Source: Azolla caroliniana (Eukaryota; Plantae; Polypodiophyta). Taken from it: 64,000 nt of DNA. Below the pieces are notes generated by a model. That model was not told where the DNA came from, did no database searches, and was given only the letters and a program-made list of their open reading frames with translations. Below are positions 23,501 through 34,616 of the stretch, piece after piece. Position numbers and translations under genes: made by a program. The stretch covers positions 14,632,001 through 14,696,000 of the forward strand of contig JBHGNT010000010.1 of the NCBI GenBank assembly GCA_043228905.1, written 5' to 3'. How positions within the stretch are numbered: the first letter of the stretch is position 1; every line of letters starts with the position of its first letter.

Positions 23501-26500
23501 ATGCCCATCTCCACCTTTTGCTTCAGAAGCTCCATCAACTTCGGGATGTGAGCTCTCGGCACCGGAATCGGTTTGAGATTCCACAGTACATGCGGTACCG
23601 TGAAGATCACTATCGGTTCGACGATCGTCGGGTCCATGCACCCGATCTCCTCCGGCGAGAACACGAAGGCTTTCCCATGCCTTCCAAGCATTCTTCAAAA
23701 CCTGTCCTCCTCCGCCGGTAGTAGAAAGCCACCCCCACTGACCTTGAGCTCCCGTAGCGTTATGTCGGTGAACTGGTGCCCTATGCCAGCCAGATTCCGT
23801 AAATTTGGGTCCGACGTGACCCCTTTTATCCGCTCCTCGCTGCCCTCTGGCAAGGGTGCCGCAACTGGCCTCACCTTCCGGTCCACAGTCTTGTACTTTG
23901 TATCCATGCGGGCCGTCTGATCCGACCCGATCCTTTCCCCGAAGTCCGCGATGACTTCATACATTCCCATCGAACTAACCGGAACGGTCCAGTCTTCTCT
24001 AAGGTCTTCACTGATCACCTTTCACAACTAGCCCAAGGTGTCGTCAAAAGAGACTGCCTCCACGGCGCCACTGATTTCTTCGTAGGGGTAGAGGACTCCG
24101 CATCCCCTGAGCCGCTCCTCCGCTCGCTTCCTCTCCTGGCCGTTGACGCCGGCTATAGTACAACCTCCGTTTTCGGAGAACAAAAACTTCCTACCTACTG
24201 TACATGTGTGGGGTTCTTCCGGTACGTCTAAACCACCACGGCCCCACGCCTTGATAGCCCTTTCTAAAAATCCCCTCGACTGTCGCCGCCGAGGGTCTTG
24301 CGATTCCTCTCATGGTTCGGACGTACGGTCATGAACTGGACGGAATGCCGACCGTCATGGCTCTTGACGCGCGCGTACGTCTCCATGCGTGCTGCCCTAA
24401 TGTACGGTTCACCAAGAATCACCGGGTGCGAGGATGTTTCCTGCACGAAGAAATGTTGATCTATCTCGACGTCACCGATCTTTACGCATACATTCGGGCA
24501 CGCACCATGCAGCTCCTCCGTAGCACGCCTCGCCGCGCGTATCTTCCACCCATGCCTGGTGTTGATCGGCTATTTGCCCTTCTTGTAGAAATCCATGGAC
24601 ATCAGGTTGATTTCGGATCCATGGTCTACCAAGGCCACCACCGGTTCCGGAACGTTGTCGATCCGCACAGGGGTTTCCGTAGTTGCCATGGCCCAATGCG
24701 GCTTCGCGTAGTGGCTTTCCGCCAACTCGTCTTTTAGGGCCGTGTCTTCTAAGTGCATAGTCTGCACCTCCACCGACTTCTCCGGATCCGGCTCTGTCGA
24801 GAGCCTCTTCCGCTTCACCAAGTCTACGATGGAGTCGTGGAACTCTCTCTTGGTGATTCCCAGCACCTCCCGCAACAACAACTCCACTTTACTGTCAAGG
24901 ATTCACTCTTCAAGGACCTTCCGTAAGTCAGTTGCTCTCTCGATTTCAGTGCTCAACCGGAACCCCGCCTGCTTCTTTCCGTTCGGCGCGCCTGGGTTGC
25001 CGGCACTGGTCGGTTTCGGTCCAAACCGGGTCTCATACCTCTGCGGGGGACCGACCCCTCCGGCTTTTCCTGCCCGTTTGTCTTCCACCAGAACCTCGTA
25101 GTTCTGGCAAGCGACTTCTACGAAGCCCGTTTTCTCTTCGACCGGATCGTCCCATCCGTTGACCTCCTGGACCCGTTGTTCCGCGTGGTCCGCCTCTTCC
25201 TTCTTCAGCCGAACTCCGGAGAGGCCTTCTAGCACTAGCGGCCAGAATCCGGAGTCCTTCGCCTTCTGGGTCTCCTCACCCCTGACCTGAATTCCTGCCG
25301 ACACTGAGTAGTTAACGGGTTCTACATGCCGTGTCGTGGCATCTTCCATCAACTTCTTCATTCCGCCGCGCCCCGTATTCAGTTCTAGGGCTCTCCAGGT
25401 CTCGCTCGCATGCACCTGCCCATTCCAGAGGTACACCACGTTGGTCCTAAGTGTGTCAGCGAAATCCGTGCAATCCTTACGAATGTGACCGATCGCATCA
25501 CACCACATGCACCGCTGCCCAATCGCGGCCTCCGGTCGCGAGGTTGTTCGCCGTTGTCTCTCCAGGCTTGTGCGATCTACAGGTCACGCACCATCTGTGT
25601 CAGCTCCTCCAGAGCCGCTCCTCCGGATGGGCCTCTAACCATGTCGTTCGATGCCGACCCCGACTCCAGCCAAATTCGGGTCTCTTCCTTCCTACCGGCT
25701 GGCACCGATACCGGCTCCTCGAGCCTCCTCTCCGGGACCGACCCTGACCCCGACGAGCTTTTGTCGCTCCTATCGTGCCGTTTGTCGAAACGGCTGCAGA
25801 CCCGTTTTACCACAGCCCAGTTTTCCGTGAGCCCTTCGTCCGTTTCTGTTAGGAAACAGGTCCCTCCGAATGGGAAGTGAGAAGAACAATACTGATGAGT
25901 AAACTCGGCCAAGGCCGATAGGCCGAGACCGAAACCGGATGAAGAGTACCCGGCTACGGAAGACCCGGTGAGAACCGGATGAAGAGTACCCGGCTACGGA
26001 AGACCTGGTGAGAACCATATGAGGAGTACCCGGAAACGGAAGACCCGGTGAGAACCGGATGAGGAGTACCCGGAAACGCCAGATGATGCAAGCCCGGTGA
26101 GGAGTGCTCACCGGATGAAGGGATATATTCGTAAATATGTTTTCTGAGAGTCCATTGGGGGCTATATTTGTAAATAGCCGAAAAGTCATATTAGTATAAA
26201 TATGACTTAGCGCAAACTCTTTCATTGTGTTGTTGTCATTCTTGTTGGTGCAAGATTAGAGTGTGTAACAGTGTACAGGGAGTGAGAGAGAGAGGAAGAG
26301 GTCGTTGCCTCTGTTGTAACTACCGCCTGTGGCGAAGATCGAGAGCGCGAGGTCGTTGCCTCCGTGAGCTCACTGTTGTAATCATTGTGATATAGTGATA
26401 GTTTGGAGTCTGTGGACTCCCGTGGTTTTTCCCTCTCAGGGTTTTCCACATTAAACATCCTGTGTACTCTTCTCTCCTTTGTGTCGTGTTTTTCATTCCC

Positions 26501-27104
26501 AGTTTTTTGTATTTGATTCTAAGCTCGGTTGTGGCCGAGCGGTGATCATCGGAGCATGTAGTTCCTGTCAGTTTCCAATAGGGGACGCACCTTTTCCCTG
26601 TCGAGCGCGTCCACCGACTTGACAAACAGTAGTACTTGATTCGTTTCGAGCACTGTCCAGTCTAGCGTCGACAGCCGCGCGAACCGTTTTTCGAACTCCT
26701 GGAGGAGCGTCGACGTGTTCCTCCCTTTTCCGGGGCTTTCCACCCACGCCATGAAGTCCCACCTTGACAGCCGAATCGAGTTGTCAAACCCATACTTCTC
26801 GAGGAGCTGCAGCTCGAACTCCTCCCAAGTCTGGCATCCGGCCAACATCTCGAGCACCTCCGCGTGGATGCTCGGCGTCACCACCCGAGGGAATCCGGAC
26901 AGCCACCTGTCCACCGGGATATCCCTCATGATCATTTCGGCCCGGTAAGCCTCCAAATAACTTGTGGCGTCTTTCCCTCCGAACCGGCCTATAGTGCCGA
27001 CGATCGATTCAATGGCTCTGCCGAGGGTACCCGTCCCCTCACGGCGCTTACCAGCCGGTCGACGGCTACCGCCATCGCCTCTGCTAGCTCCGATCCCCTC
27101 ATCT
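20587..27104 (-). pseudogene. H gag-PR / RT-RH-INT
   Basis: WCDAIGHIRKDC; ALVDHGSEINLM; GDLYSGYDQFQL, PFLDDIP; ADMLSR; H..GH..C..CQ zinc finger; WFGPY. Confidence 0.93.
25847..26570 (+). mobile_element. Solo LTR, family A, inserted in H gag
   Basis: TGTTAGGAAAC..CCTGTCA with 5-bp TSD GTTTC; 40-bp tandem units at 25941-26080. Confidence 0.93.
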
Positions 27105-27739
27105 TTCGACTCCTTTGCCGCCCTTTCACATCGGGTTCACCAAAGATGTCGCAAAGTTTCACGCGTGCGTGTAGGAAGAGGCGGGAGCACGGGGGTCTTG
27201 GACCAAGGAGAGAGTGAGAGAGAAAGAGAGAGTTGTAGACACACAGAAAGAATAGAAGATCAAGAAACAGGAATCCGATTACTATAATCAGTAGCTTACC
27301 ACTCGAACGGTTACAACCGGCAAACCGGCAATGGACCTGACACAAGGTCCTACTCACGCACACAGACGACAGCCACTCGACTCAAAGAAACAAAAAGGGG
27401 GAGAGCCTCTGCTGGAAGCACACGGGCTGTCCACGAAGCAGAGGTAGCGAAATCCCGACACCCACAAAGAACAACGATTAGAGGAGAAGAGAGAGCTCGG
27501 CACTCCGTTCTACAGCAGCACCCCTTCCTCCTTCTCTCCCTCCTTAAATAGTTTATTCCCTGTCCCTTTTGACAGAGGTGCGCACGAATTCCCTAATAAA
27601 TGTGTACTACCTAGTATTTACATTAGCTGGCCTAATTATGAATTATGTACAAAATATCAATTCTCGCATCCACCCATGTAGGAGCTGGTTCATGTGCCTT
27701 TTTCTCCGATTCCGCCTATGGCCGGTTTTCTTCACGACA

Positions 27740-29501
27740 GCGGAGGTGCTCGAGGTGCTGGCCAGATGCCAAGCATGGGTGGAGCTCAAGGGGCGGCTCC
27801 TCGAGAAGTACGGGTACGATGATTCACTTCGGCTGTCCAAGCGGGACTTCATGGCTTGGGTTGAGAGCCCTGGAAAGCGAAGGAATGCGTCGGTGCTCCT
27901 CCAGGAATTCGAACAACGATTCGCTAGGCTGTCGGCGCTGGATCGGACCGTGCTCGACACAAGCAGGGTCTTGTTGTTCATCAAGTCGGTGCACGCGCTA
28001 GATCGGGAGAAGGTGGCTCTCCTATTGGAGACGGATGACGGCCTCACAGCCGACAGGGCCGTGATTAAAGGGGTCTGCGCTCGCTTTGACAAGCGGTGCA
28101 AGTGGAGGGATGAGGTATCAAAGGCGTCGGGGACGGGGATGAGGTATCACAGCCGACAGGGCCGTGGTTAAAGGGGTCTGCGCTCGCTTTGACAAGCGGT
28201 GCAAGTGGAGGGATGAGGTATCACAGCCGACAGGGCCGTGGTTAAAGGGGTCTGCGCTCGCTTTGACAAGCGGTGCAAGTGGAGGGATGAGGTATCAAAG
28301 GCGTCGGGGACAGTCCCGGCAAGGAAGCTCGAGGAGCTGGTATCGATGCCGGCTGGAAAGGAAGAGACTTAGAATTGCCTCGAGACGGGCCCAACCTCAA
28401 GCGGAGTGGTCCAATGCTCTTCCGGGGGAGTGGCTCTGGAAGAGTTGACTCAGATGGTGAGGGACCTCCAGATTGCACAAGCATGGAGGGACGGCGGCGA
28501 ACAAGCCCGTGACCGAAGGCCTCCGACGGGGCATCGGTGCTTGTGGTGCGATGCGGTCGGCCACACCCAAAAGGATTGTGGGGACTTCGCCGAAGCGATA
28601 AGGGCCAATGTGGTGTACCTGTGGAACGGGCGGGTACATGCTAGCGAAACCCGGAGGGCCCTAGATCTAAACGTCGGACGAGGGGGGATGAAACGACTAA
28701 TGGAGGAAGCGTCGGCTCACCATGCAGAGACCATCAACTACTCGGCGTCGGCGGGAATCCGGGTCGGGAGTGATGAAGTCAGGAAAATGAAGGACTCCGG
28801 GTTCTAGCCGTTGATGTTGGAAGGCCTAGCCAGCGTATGGCTAAGGAAAGAGGAAGCGGACCGCCTGGAAAGACGGGACCGGGAGGTAACCGAGTGGAGT
28901 GACCCGGTCAACAAGAAGATGGGCTTCGTGGAAGCCATGTGCCAGACCTACGAGGTTCTGGTGGAAGACAAGCGCGCGGGAAAGACCAAGGGGGCTAGAC
29001 CCTCACAACCGTATGAGACCCAGTTCGGGCCAAAGCAGAATGATGTCGGTGCATCCGGCGCACCGAACAAGGCCAAGAAGGTTGGTTACCGATTGAGCAC
29101 AGAGATCGAAAGGACCACTGGAGGAAAAGATCCTCGACAGCAAAGTGGAGCTGTCGCTAAGGGAAGTGCTCGGTATTGCCAAGGAGTTCCACGACTCCAT
29201 CGTAGACTTGGTGAAGCGAAAAAGGTTTTCGACGGAGCCGGAGCCGGAGAAGCCAGTGGAGATGCGAACGACGCACCTAGAAGACATGGCCCTAGAGGAC
29301 AAGTTGGCGGAAAGCCACTACTCAAGGCTACATTGGGCTAGGGCCACTACAGAAACCCCTATTCGGATCGGGGGCGTCCAGGAGCCGGTGGTGGCATTGG
29401 TAGCCCATGGTTTGGAGATCAACTTGATGTCCATGGACTTCTACGAAAGGGAAAGTGGCCGATCAACACCAAGCACGGGTGGAAGATACGGGCAGCAACG
29501 T
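27740..29501 (+). pseudogene. G gag and start of protease, with local tandem duplications at about 28045-28310
   Basis: CLWCDAVGHTQKDC knuckle; ALVAHGLEINLM; paralogous to H. Confidence 0.88.
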
Positions 29502-30868
29502 TGTTGCGTTGTTATGCGTGTGCATGTAGAAGGGCGGGACCACGGGGCCTCGGACGAGGGAAGAAGGGAGGCTAGGAAACCGACCCTGGACACGTTCCAG
29601 GGGAAACTGAACACAAAAGGGGTAGAAACACTTGACACCATTAGAGACACGGATGTGCACAACCAAACATATATATATATATAGCAAGAGGAAGATACAA
29701 CCCCGTCTTCGAGCCGGACCAAGGTAGGTTACAGTAGCAGTCTGCTGCCAAGCCACCGACCGGGGAGCTCACGGGCTTGTCACGCCGAGCGGGGTCTTGC
29801 ACAGGAGACCGAGCAGAAGCAAACCCTAAACAAACACGAACTCTCAACCCTCACGACGAGGAAGAAGAAGAAGAAGAAGAAGAACACCAAGATGAGACCC
29901 TAGAACGAAGTAACAAAACTACTAAGTTAAAACCGCCTAACCCTAATCTAACGGTATAACCTCTAACACAAAATGGGCAACCCCTTTCACAAAGGGCGCT
30001 CCCTTCCTTTTATAGAACAAGGAGAGGGACGCATAACAATGTGGGATAAATCCCTTATTACATGGGATCCTTTGTCCCGACTTGACTCCCACTCGACGCC
30101 ATAAAGGCGCCCCTATTATTCAAACGTTTATACAAGGATGAGTGCACATGGTGCACCTTGCGGATTCCTCCAATATCTCCCAGTTTCTCACCGTAGCCCA
30201 AAATCTTCACGACATCCGCCCCCACCAAACCGCACATCCACCGGCATGTGCCAAATTCGGGGAAGGTGAAAGATTCTGGCAGGTGAGGAACCGGTCTTCC
30301 GTAATCCGCACTCCGACTACCGCATCGGCCTTGCCAACCGGAACCGTCGGCTCCTGTTCTTCCTGGTCATGATCCCTCCTATACGCGTGCCCCCATGTTG
30401 GTCCTTCGTCTGGCTGCTAGCACGCTCCGCTCTCCGCCGTATGTCCGGTGTCCCCAGCTGGAGGAGCATCCACAGTGCACTGCCTTCTTGGCCTCATTCG
30501 TCTTGCACGGTTGCAACTGATCCAGAGCCTTTGTCATGCCGTCGTTCCCTCGCCCCCACCAACTTGTCATCTCGGGCTTGACGCACCGGTCGTCGCTACC
30601 CCGACTGAGCCGCTGAGATCTCTGAAGCGAATGTGGAGGATCCTCCTCCGGCCCTTGATGTTGTCTCCGGTCTTCAACCATGCAGCCCTTCGCGCGTCCG
30701 TTACCACGTTCCCTTGTTTGGCGTCGCCCGTGCCGAACGTCGTCCCGTAGTCGCGCTTGATCCAGCCCGTGATGGCCACCTGCGCGACCCTTGTTCTGCC
30801 CCTAGGTGTGCCTTTCCGGTCATAGGTGCCATGAGTTTTGTGGTTGTTTGGATGCTTCAAGCATTGCA

Positions 30869-30934
30869 AGTTAAGTGTGCTTGAGCCAGAACAATACTGG
30901 GATGGGTGACCTCCCAGGAAGTCCTAGTTACATC
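30869..30934 (+). ncRNA. 5S rRNA-derived fragment (A box, intermediate element, C box); not a complete gene
   Basis: AGTTAAGTGTGCTTGAGCCAGAACAATACTGGGATGGGTGACCTCCCAGGAAGTCC matches the 3' half of land-plant 5S rRNA. Confidence 0.85.
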
Positions 30935-31189
30935 TACGGTAGTAATGGTTTCGAGGGGGGGGGGGGGGGGGGGGCATTGCTATCAAGAGTGGACATGCTC
31001 CGTATTCGAGCGGTATATCGACCCGCACTCCTTGCAGAGCCGTAAAGGCAAACCCTAAATCGCTAACTCATTCCCGGCTCCTTCGGAAGTCGTAACCGGT
31101 CGGTAAGGGTTTTGCACTTAGACAGCTCCCGTCTTGCCGGCTCTTGTTGATGTCGGGCCCCGTTTCCGGCCGCCATCGTCCTTCTCTCT

Positions 31190-32480
31190 TAGTCTCACGT
31201 TGCCACGTTGGCCGAACAGCCGTAGTCTCCCGATCGGTGTGAGGATCCCATAGAACCGGGTCTTCCTTGTCCTTCATTCACATAACGCCTTGGTTGGTCG
31301 ATGCCTCTACTATCGCAGCCTTCGTCCCCTTGCCACCACCTTCCATTACCCTCGGTCTCACGTTGCCATGTCAGCCGAACATCCGGTCTGGTGTCTCCGG
31401 ACAGGTGTGAAGGATCCTTCTTGGGCCTCCGTCTTGTTGGGTCACCGACTCGTGTACCAAGCGCGTCCAATCTTTGTCTTGTCGACCCTGCTGGTCGGGC
31501 CCGTATCCGGTTCGTGGCCGCCTCGCCGGCCACATACCTCCTTTCACTCTGCTTCCCTCTGTCCGATCACGTTCTCCTGCCGCCACCGTCCTTTCCTATA
31601 GGACTCACGCCGGCTCTTGGGTCGACCGCCAGATCGGTGTGAGGATCTCGTGGGACCTCCCCTTCTGGCTTCGGTTGCCCGCTTTGCCACTGCCACCGTT
31701 CCTTGCTCTAGGTCTCACGTCGGCTCTCGGGACGACCGCCGGAGCGTCTAGAACCGATGTGTGTAAGGTCGCACTAGCACCTCTTGCCGTTTTCTCCCAT
31801 CCTCTTCTGTTGGTCACGTTCACCTGTTGCCACCGATCTCTCCTATAGGACTCACGCCGGCACTCAGGCCGACCGCCGGATCGGTGTGAGGATCTTCGTA
31901 GACGACCCCTCCGCAATCCCTTTGTCTTTGTCCCCTCGCCAGCACCGTTCATCACTCTAGGTCTCACGTCGGCTCTCGGGCTGACTGTCGGAGTCTCTAG
32001 AACCGGTGTGAAGGATCCTCCTCGGGCTTGTCGTATCTCTGACCCTTATCCCGGGTCGTCTTTCTCCGCAAGTCGAGAAGGTGGCTCGCTCCACACCCTC
32101 TCCCGTGGTACCAACGTACCGTGTTCCCGGCCTCTTCGTAGGCCTGCTCTCTCCCCTCTTCCGGATCGCTTCCGGATCGCTTCCGGATCGGTTATCCGGA
32201 AGTCCGCCCCACCCAGTTCTCGTCTGGGTCCATCCATCATTCTCTGGATTGTCGGGTTCCATTCTCCTACCGCCACCGTCCTTTCCTTTAGGACTCACGC
32301 CAGATCGGTGTGAGGATCTCCGTAGGACCAGTCTTCGTTCTCCGCTTTATCCCTTGTACTTCTCCTAGACTCGTCGTCGCTCTCCTCGCTGTGCTCCCAC
32401 CTCCATCTCCCTTCTCTTTCGGTCTCATGTTGCCACGCCGGCCGAACTGCCAAAGTCTCCGGTCAAGATGTGGGTACACC
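31190..32480. repeat. Degenerate internal repeats in D
   Basis: Recurring G(A/T)CTCACG..CGGTGTGA(G/A)GGATC modules near 31190, 31355, 31600, 31710, 31850, 31960 and 32290. Confidence 0.7.
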
Positions 32481-32592
32481 AATTTCGTAACAACTCCTGA
32501 CAATTCATTCAGGGCACTGACCCTTTTAGTGGTATCCGTGGGAAGCATCCGCACTGACCCTTTTAGTGGTATCCATCTTCGTTGGCATCGTG

Positions 32593-33534
32593 CTAGGACT
32601 CCTCGATACTGTCATCCATCTCCTCGGTCTCACATGGGCGTAAGGGCCTGAATGCTGAGTTCTCCGGAATCGGTCCCAAGGGCTCTTGTCCGTTCCTTCC
32701 CCGTATCGTCTCGCCGGTGATTCTTGATCTCACGCCACCGCCTTCTTCCTCTTGGGACTCACGTGGGCACTCAGGCCTGACTGCTATCATCTTGGGAGCA
32801 AGTGTGGGAAGACGCGTAGAATCGCCTGTCCTATTTGCGCCCTTGTCCGTAGCCACCGGCTCCTCATGGTCGGTGGTCATCTTCTTACCGATCGCGCAAG
32901 ATCCGCCTAGGCTTGCTTCTCCGATGTCCGGAGCCTCGGGCTGACGTGCCCGAAACCTCCGGTCCCAACGTTCCGATCCCGCGATCGGTATCTCGGCCTC
33001 GTCCTCGTCCGTTCTATCTCCGCAAATCAAGAGGGCGTTTTGTTCCGCACCCTCTCCCGTGGTACTGTCGTACCGATCTTTTGTCGTCTCGTGGGGCAAG
33101 TCCTTCTCCTCGGCATTGGCTTGCGGCCTCGATCTTTCCTCTTCCTCGAGCATTGCCTCGAGAGTTGCGTACGCCTCTGCAATCCTGGCCCCGAAGCCGA
33201 GCCTTGCCGACTCTCTTTGTCGTATGACCTCTTCCCGCCGTGATGGCACGTCATCGTGCACCTTCCTCCTAGCCTTCTCGGCTCGCTCGTCATCTAGCCG
33301 TTGGCATACCCTTCCAACCTTCGACCAGTCCTCGGTAAGGCCATTCGCTCCGTCCTTGTCTTCGAGCTCAGTCCCAATGGCCTCCCGTTCCGCTCGGTCA
33401 ATCGACTTAACGAACAACGGAACTTTGTCCGCCCTCACCAAACCTTGTTCCCGCTCTGGGAGCCAAGCAAGTCGTCGCTCGAACTCTTGGAACGCCTTCG
33501 TTGCACCCGATGGGTCTTCGCCGACGCAACCCAC
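32593..33534 (-). CDS. Divergent gag-derived ORF of D with a long non-gag tail
   Basis: FQEFERRLAWL..LFVKSIDRAEREAIGTELED..GLTEDWSKVGRVC aligns with C/G/H gag. Confidence 0.65.
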   Translation of the reverse strand: MGCVGEDPSGATKAFQEFERRLAWLPEREQGLVRADKVPLFVKSIDRAEREAIGTELEDKDGANGLTEDWSKVGRVCQRLDDERAEKARRKVHDDVPSRREEVIRQRESARLGFGARIAEAYATLEAMLEEEERSRPQANAEEKDLPHETTKDRYDSTTGEGAEQNALLICGDRTDEDEAEIPIAGSERWDRRFRARQPEAPDIGEASLGGSCAIGKKMTTDHEEPVATDKGANRTGDSTRLPTLAPKMIAVRPECPRESQEEEGGGVRSRITGETIRGRNGQEPLGPIPENSAFRPLRPCETEEMDDSIEES

Positions 33535-34616
33535 TAGTCGAAGCCGCGTTGTCCCCGGCTCTTCCGCCGTCCTCCATATGCCTGCAGGAGCGCCTCTTCA
33601 AAGGCCTCCCATGAACTATGAGCTTCTCGGAGCTCCTTCACTTCCGCGTGCATACGGATGACGACGACCCGACAGAAGAACTCCAACCTCAACACCTCTT
33701 CTACGTCTCACTCCTCCATTTCCGCGTTGTAGGCTTCCAAGTAGAATGGGACCTTGTCCCCGTTGAAACGGCTGACTCTTTCAACCACGCATTTGACAAA
33801 CTCCCTCACCGCTTCGACAAAAAGTTGTGCGAAGTCGTTTTCTTCCAACTCCATTCTTCCTTGCCACCCTTCACGTTGGGTTCACCAAATATGACGCGTT
33901 GTTACACGCGTGCGTGTAGAAGGGCGGGACCACGGGGCCTCGGACGAGGGAAGAAAGGAGGCCAAGAAACCGACCCCGGACACGTGCTAAGGGCAACTGA
34001 ACACAAGAGAGAGAGAAAGGAGAGGGAGAGCATGCGCGCAACGCCGACTCTTATGTACTGAAAACAAAAGGGGTAGAAACACCCGACACCATCAGAGACG
34101 TGGATGTGCACAACCAAACATATATATATATATATAGCAAGAGGAAGATACAACCCCGGCTTCGAGCCGGACAAAGGTAGGTTACAACAGCAGTCTGCTG
34201 CCAAGCCACCGATCGGGGAGCTCACGGGCTTGTCGCGCCGAGCGGGGTCTTGCACAGGAGACCAAGCAGAAGCAAACCCTAAACAAACACGAACTCTCAA
34301 CCCTCACGATGAGGAAAAAGAAGAAGAAGAAGAAGAACACCAAGATGAGACCTTGGAACGAAGTAACAAAACTACCAAGTTAAAACCGCCTAACCCTAAT
34401 CTAACGGTATACCCTCTAACAAGGAGAGGGACACATAACAATGTGGGATAAATCCCTTATTACATGGGATCCTTTGTCCCGACTTGACTCCCACTCGGCG
34501 CCATAAAGGCACCCCTATTATTCACACGTTTATACAAGGGTGAGTGCACATGGTGCACCTTGCTGATTCCTCCAATATCTCCCGGTTTCTCACAGTAGCC
34601 CAAAATCTTCACGACA

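Larger units (their letters stand above)
19994..27739 (-). mobile_element. Full-length decayed Gypsy element H (tRNA-Trp PBS)
   Basis: LTRs 19994-20611 and 27147-27739; 4-bp TSD GCGG; PBS 27126-27142; PPT-position motif 20612-20630. Confidence 0.95.
29502..34616 (-). mobile_element. Non-autonomous (LARD-like) Gypsy element D with tRNA-Trp PBS; decayed gag only, no pol
   Basis: LTRs 29502-30214 and 33892-34616; PBS 33871-33887; PPT-position motif 30215-30233; flanks ACGT/ACAC; splits the G protease. Confidence 0.9.

Noticed and set aside
25892-25936. Hammerhead-like CTGATGAG..stem..CGAAAC in solo LTR A (possible retrozyme)
   Set aside because: No convincing stems I/III or NUH cleavage site, and the homologous copy near 2240 reads CCGATGAAC
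30869-30934. Functional 5S rRNA gene
   Set aside because: The 5' ~45 nt and the oligo-T terminator are missing; single copy within a TE
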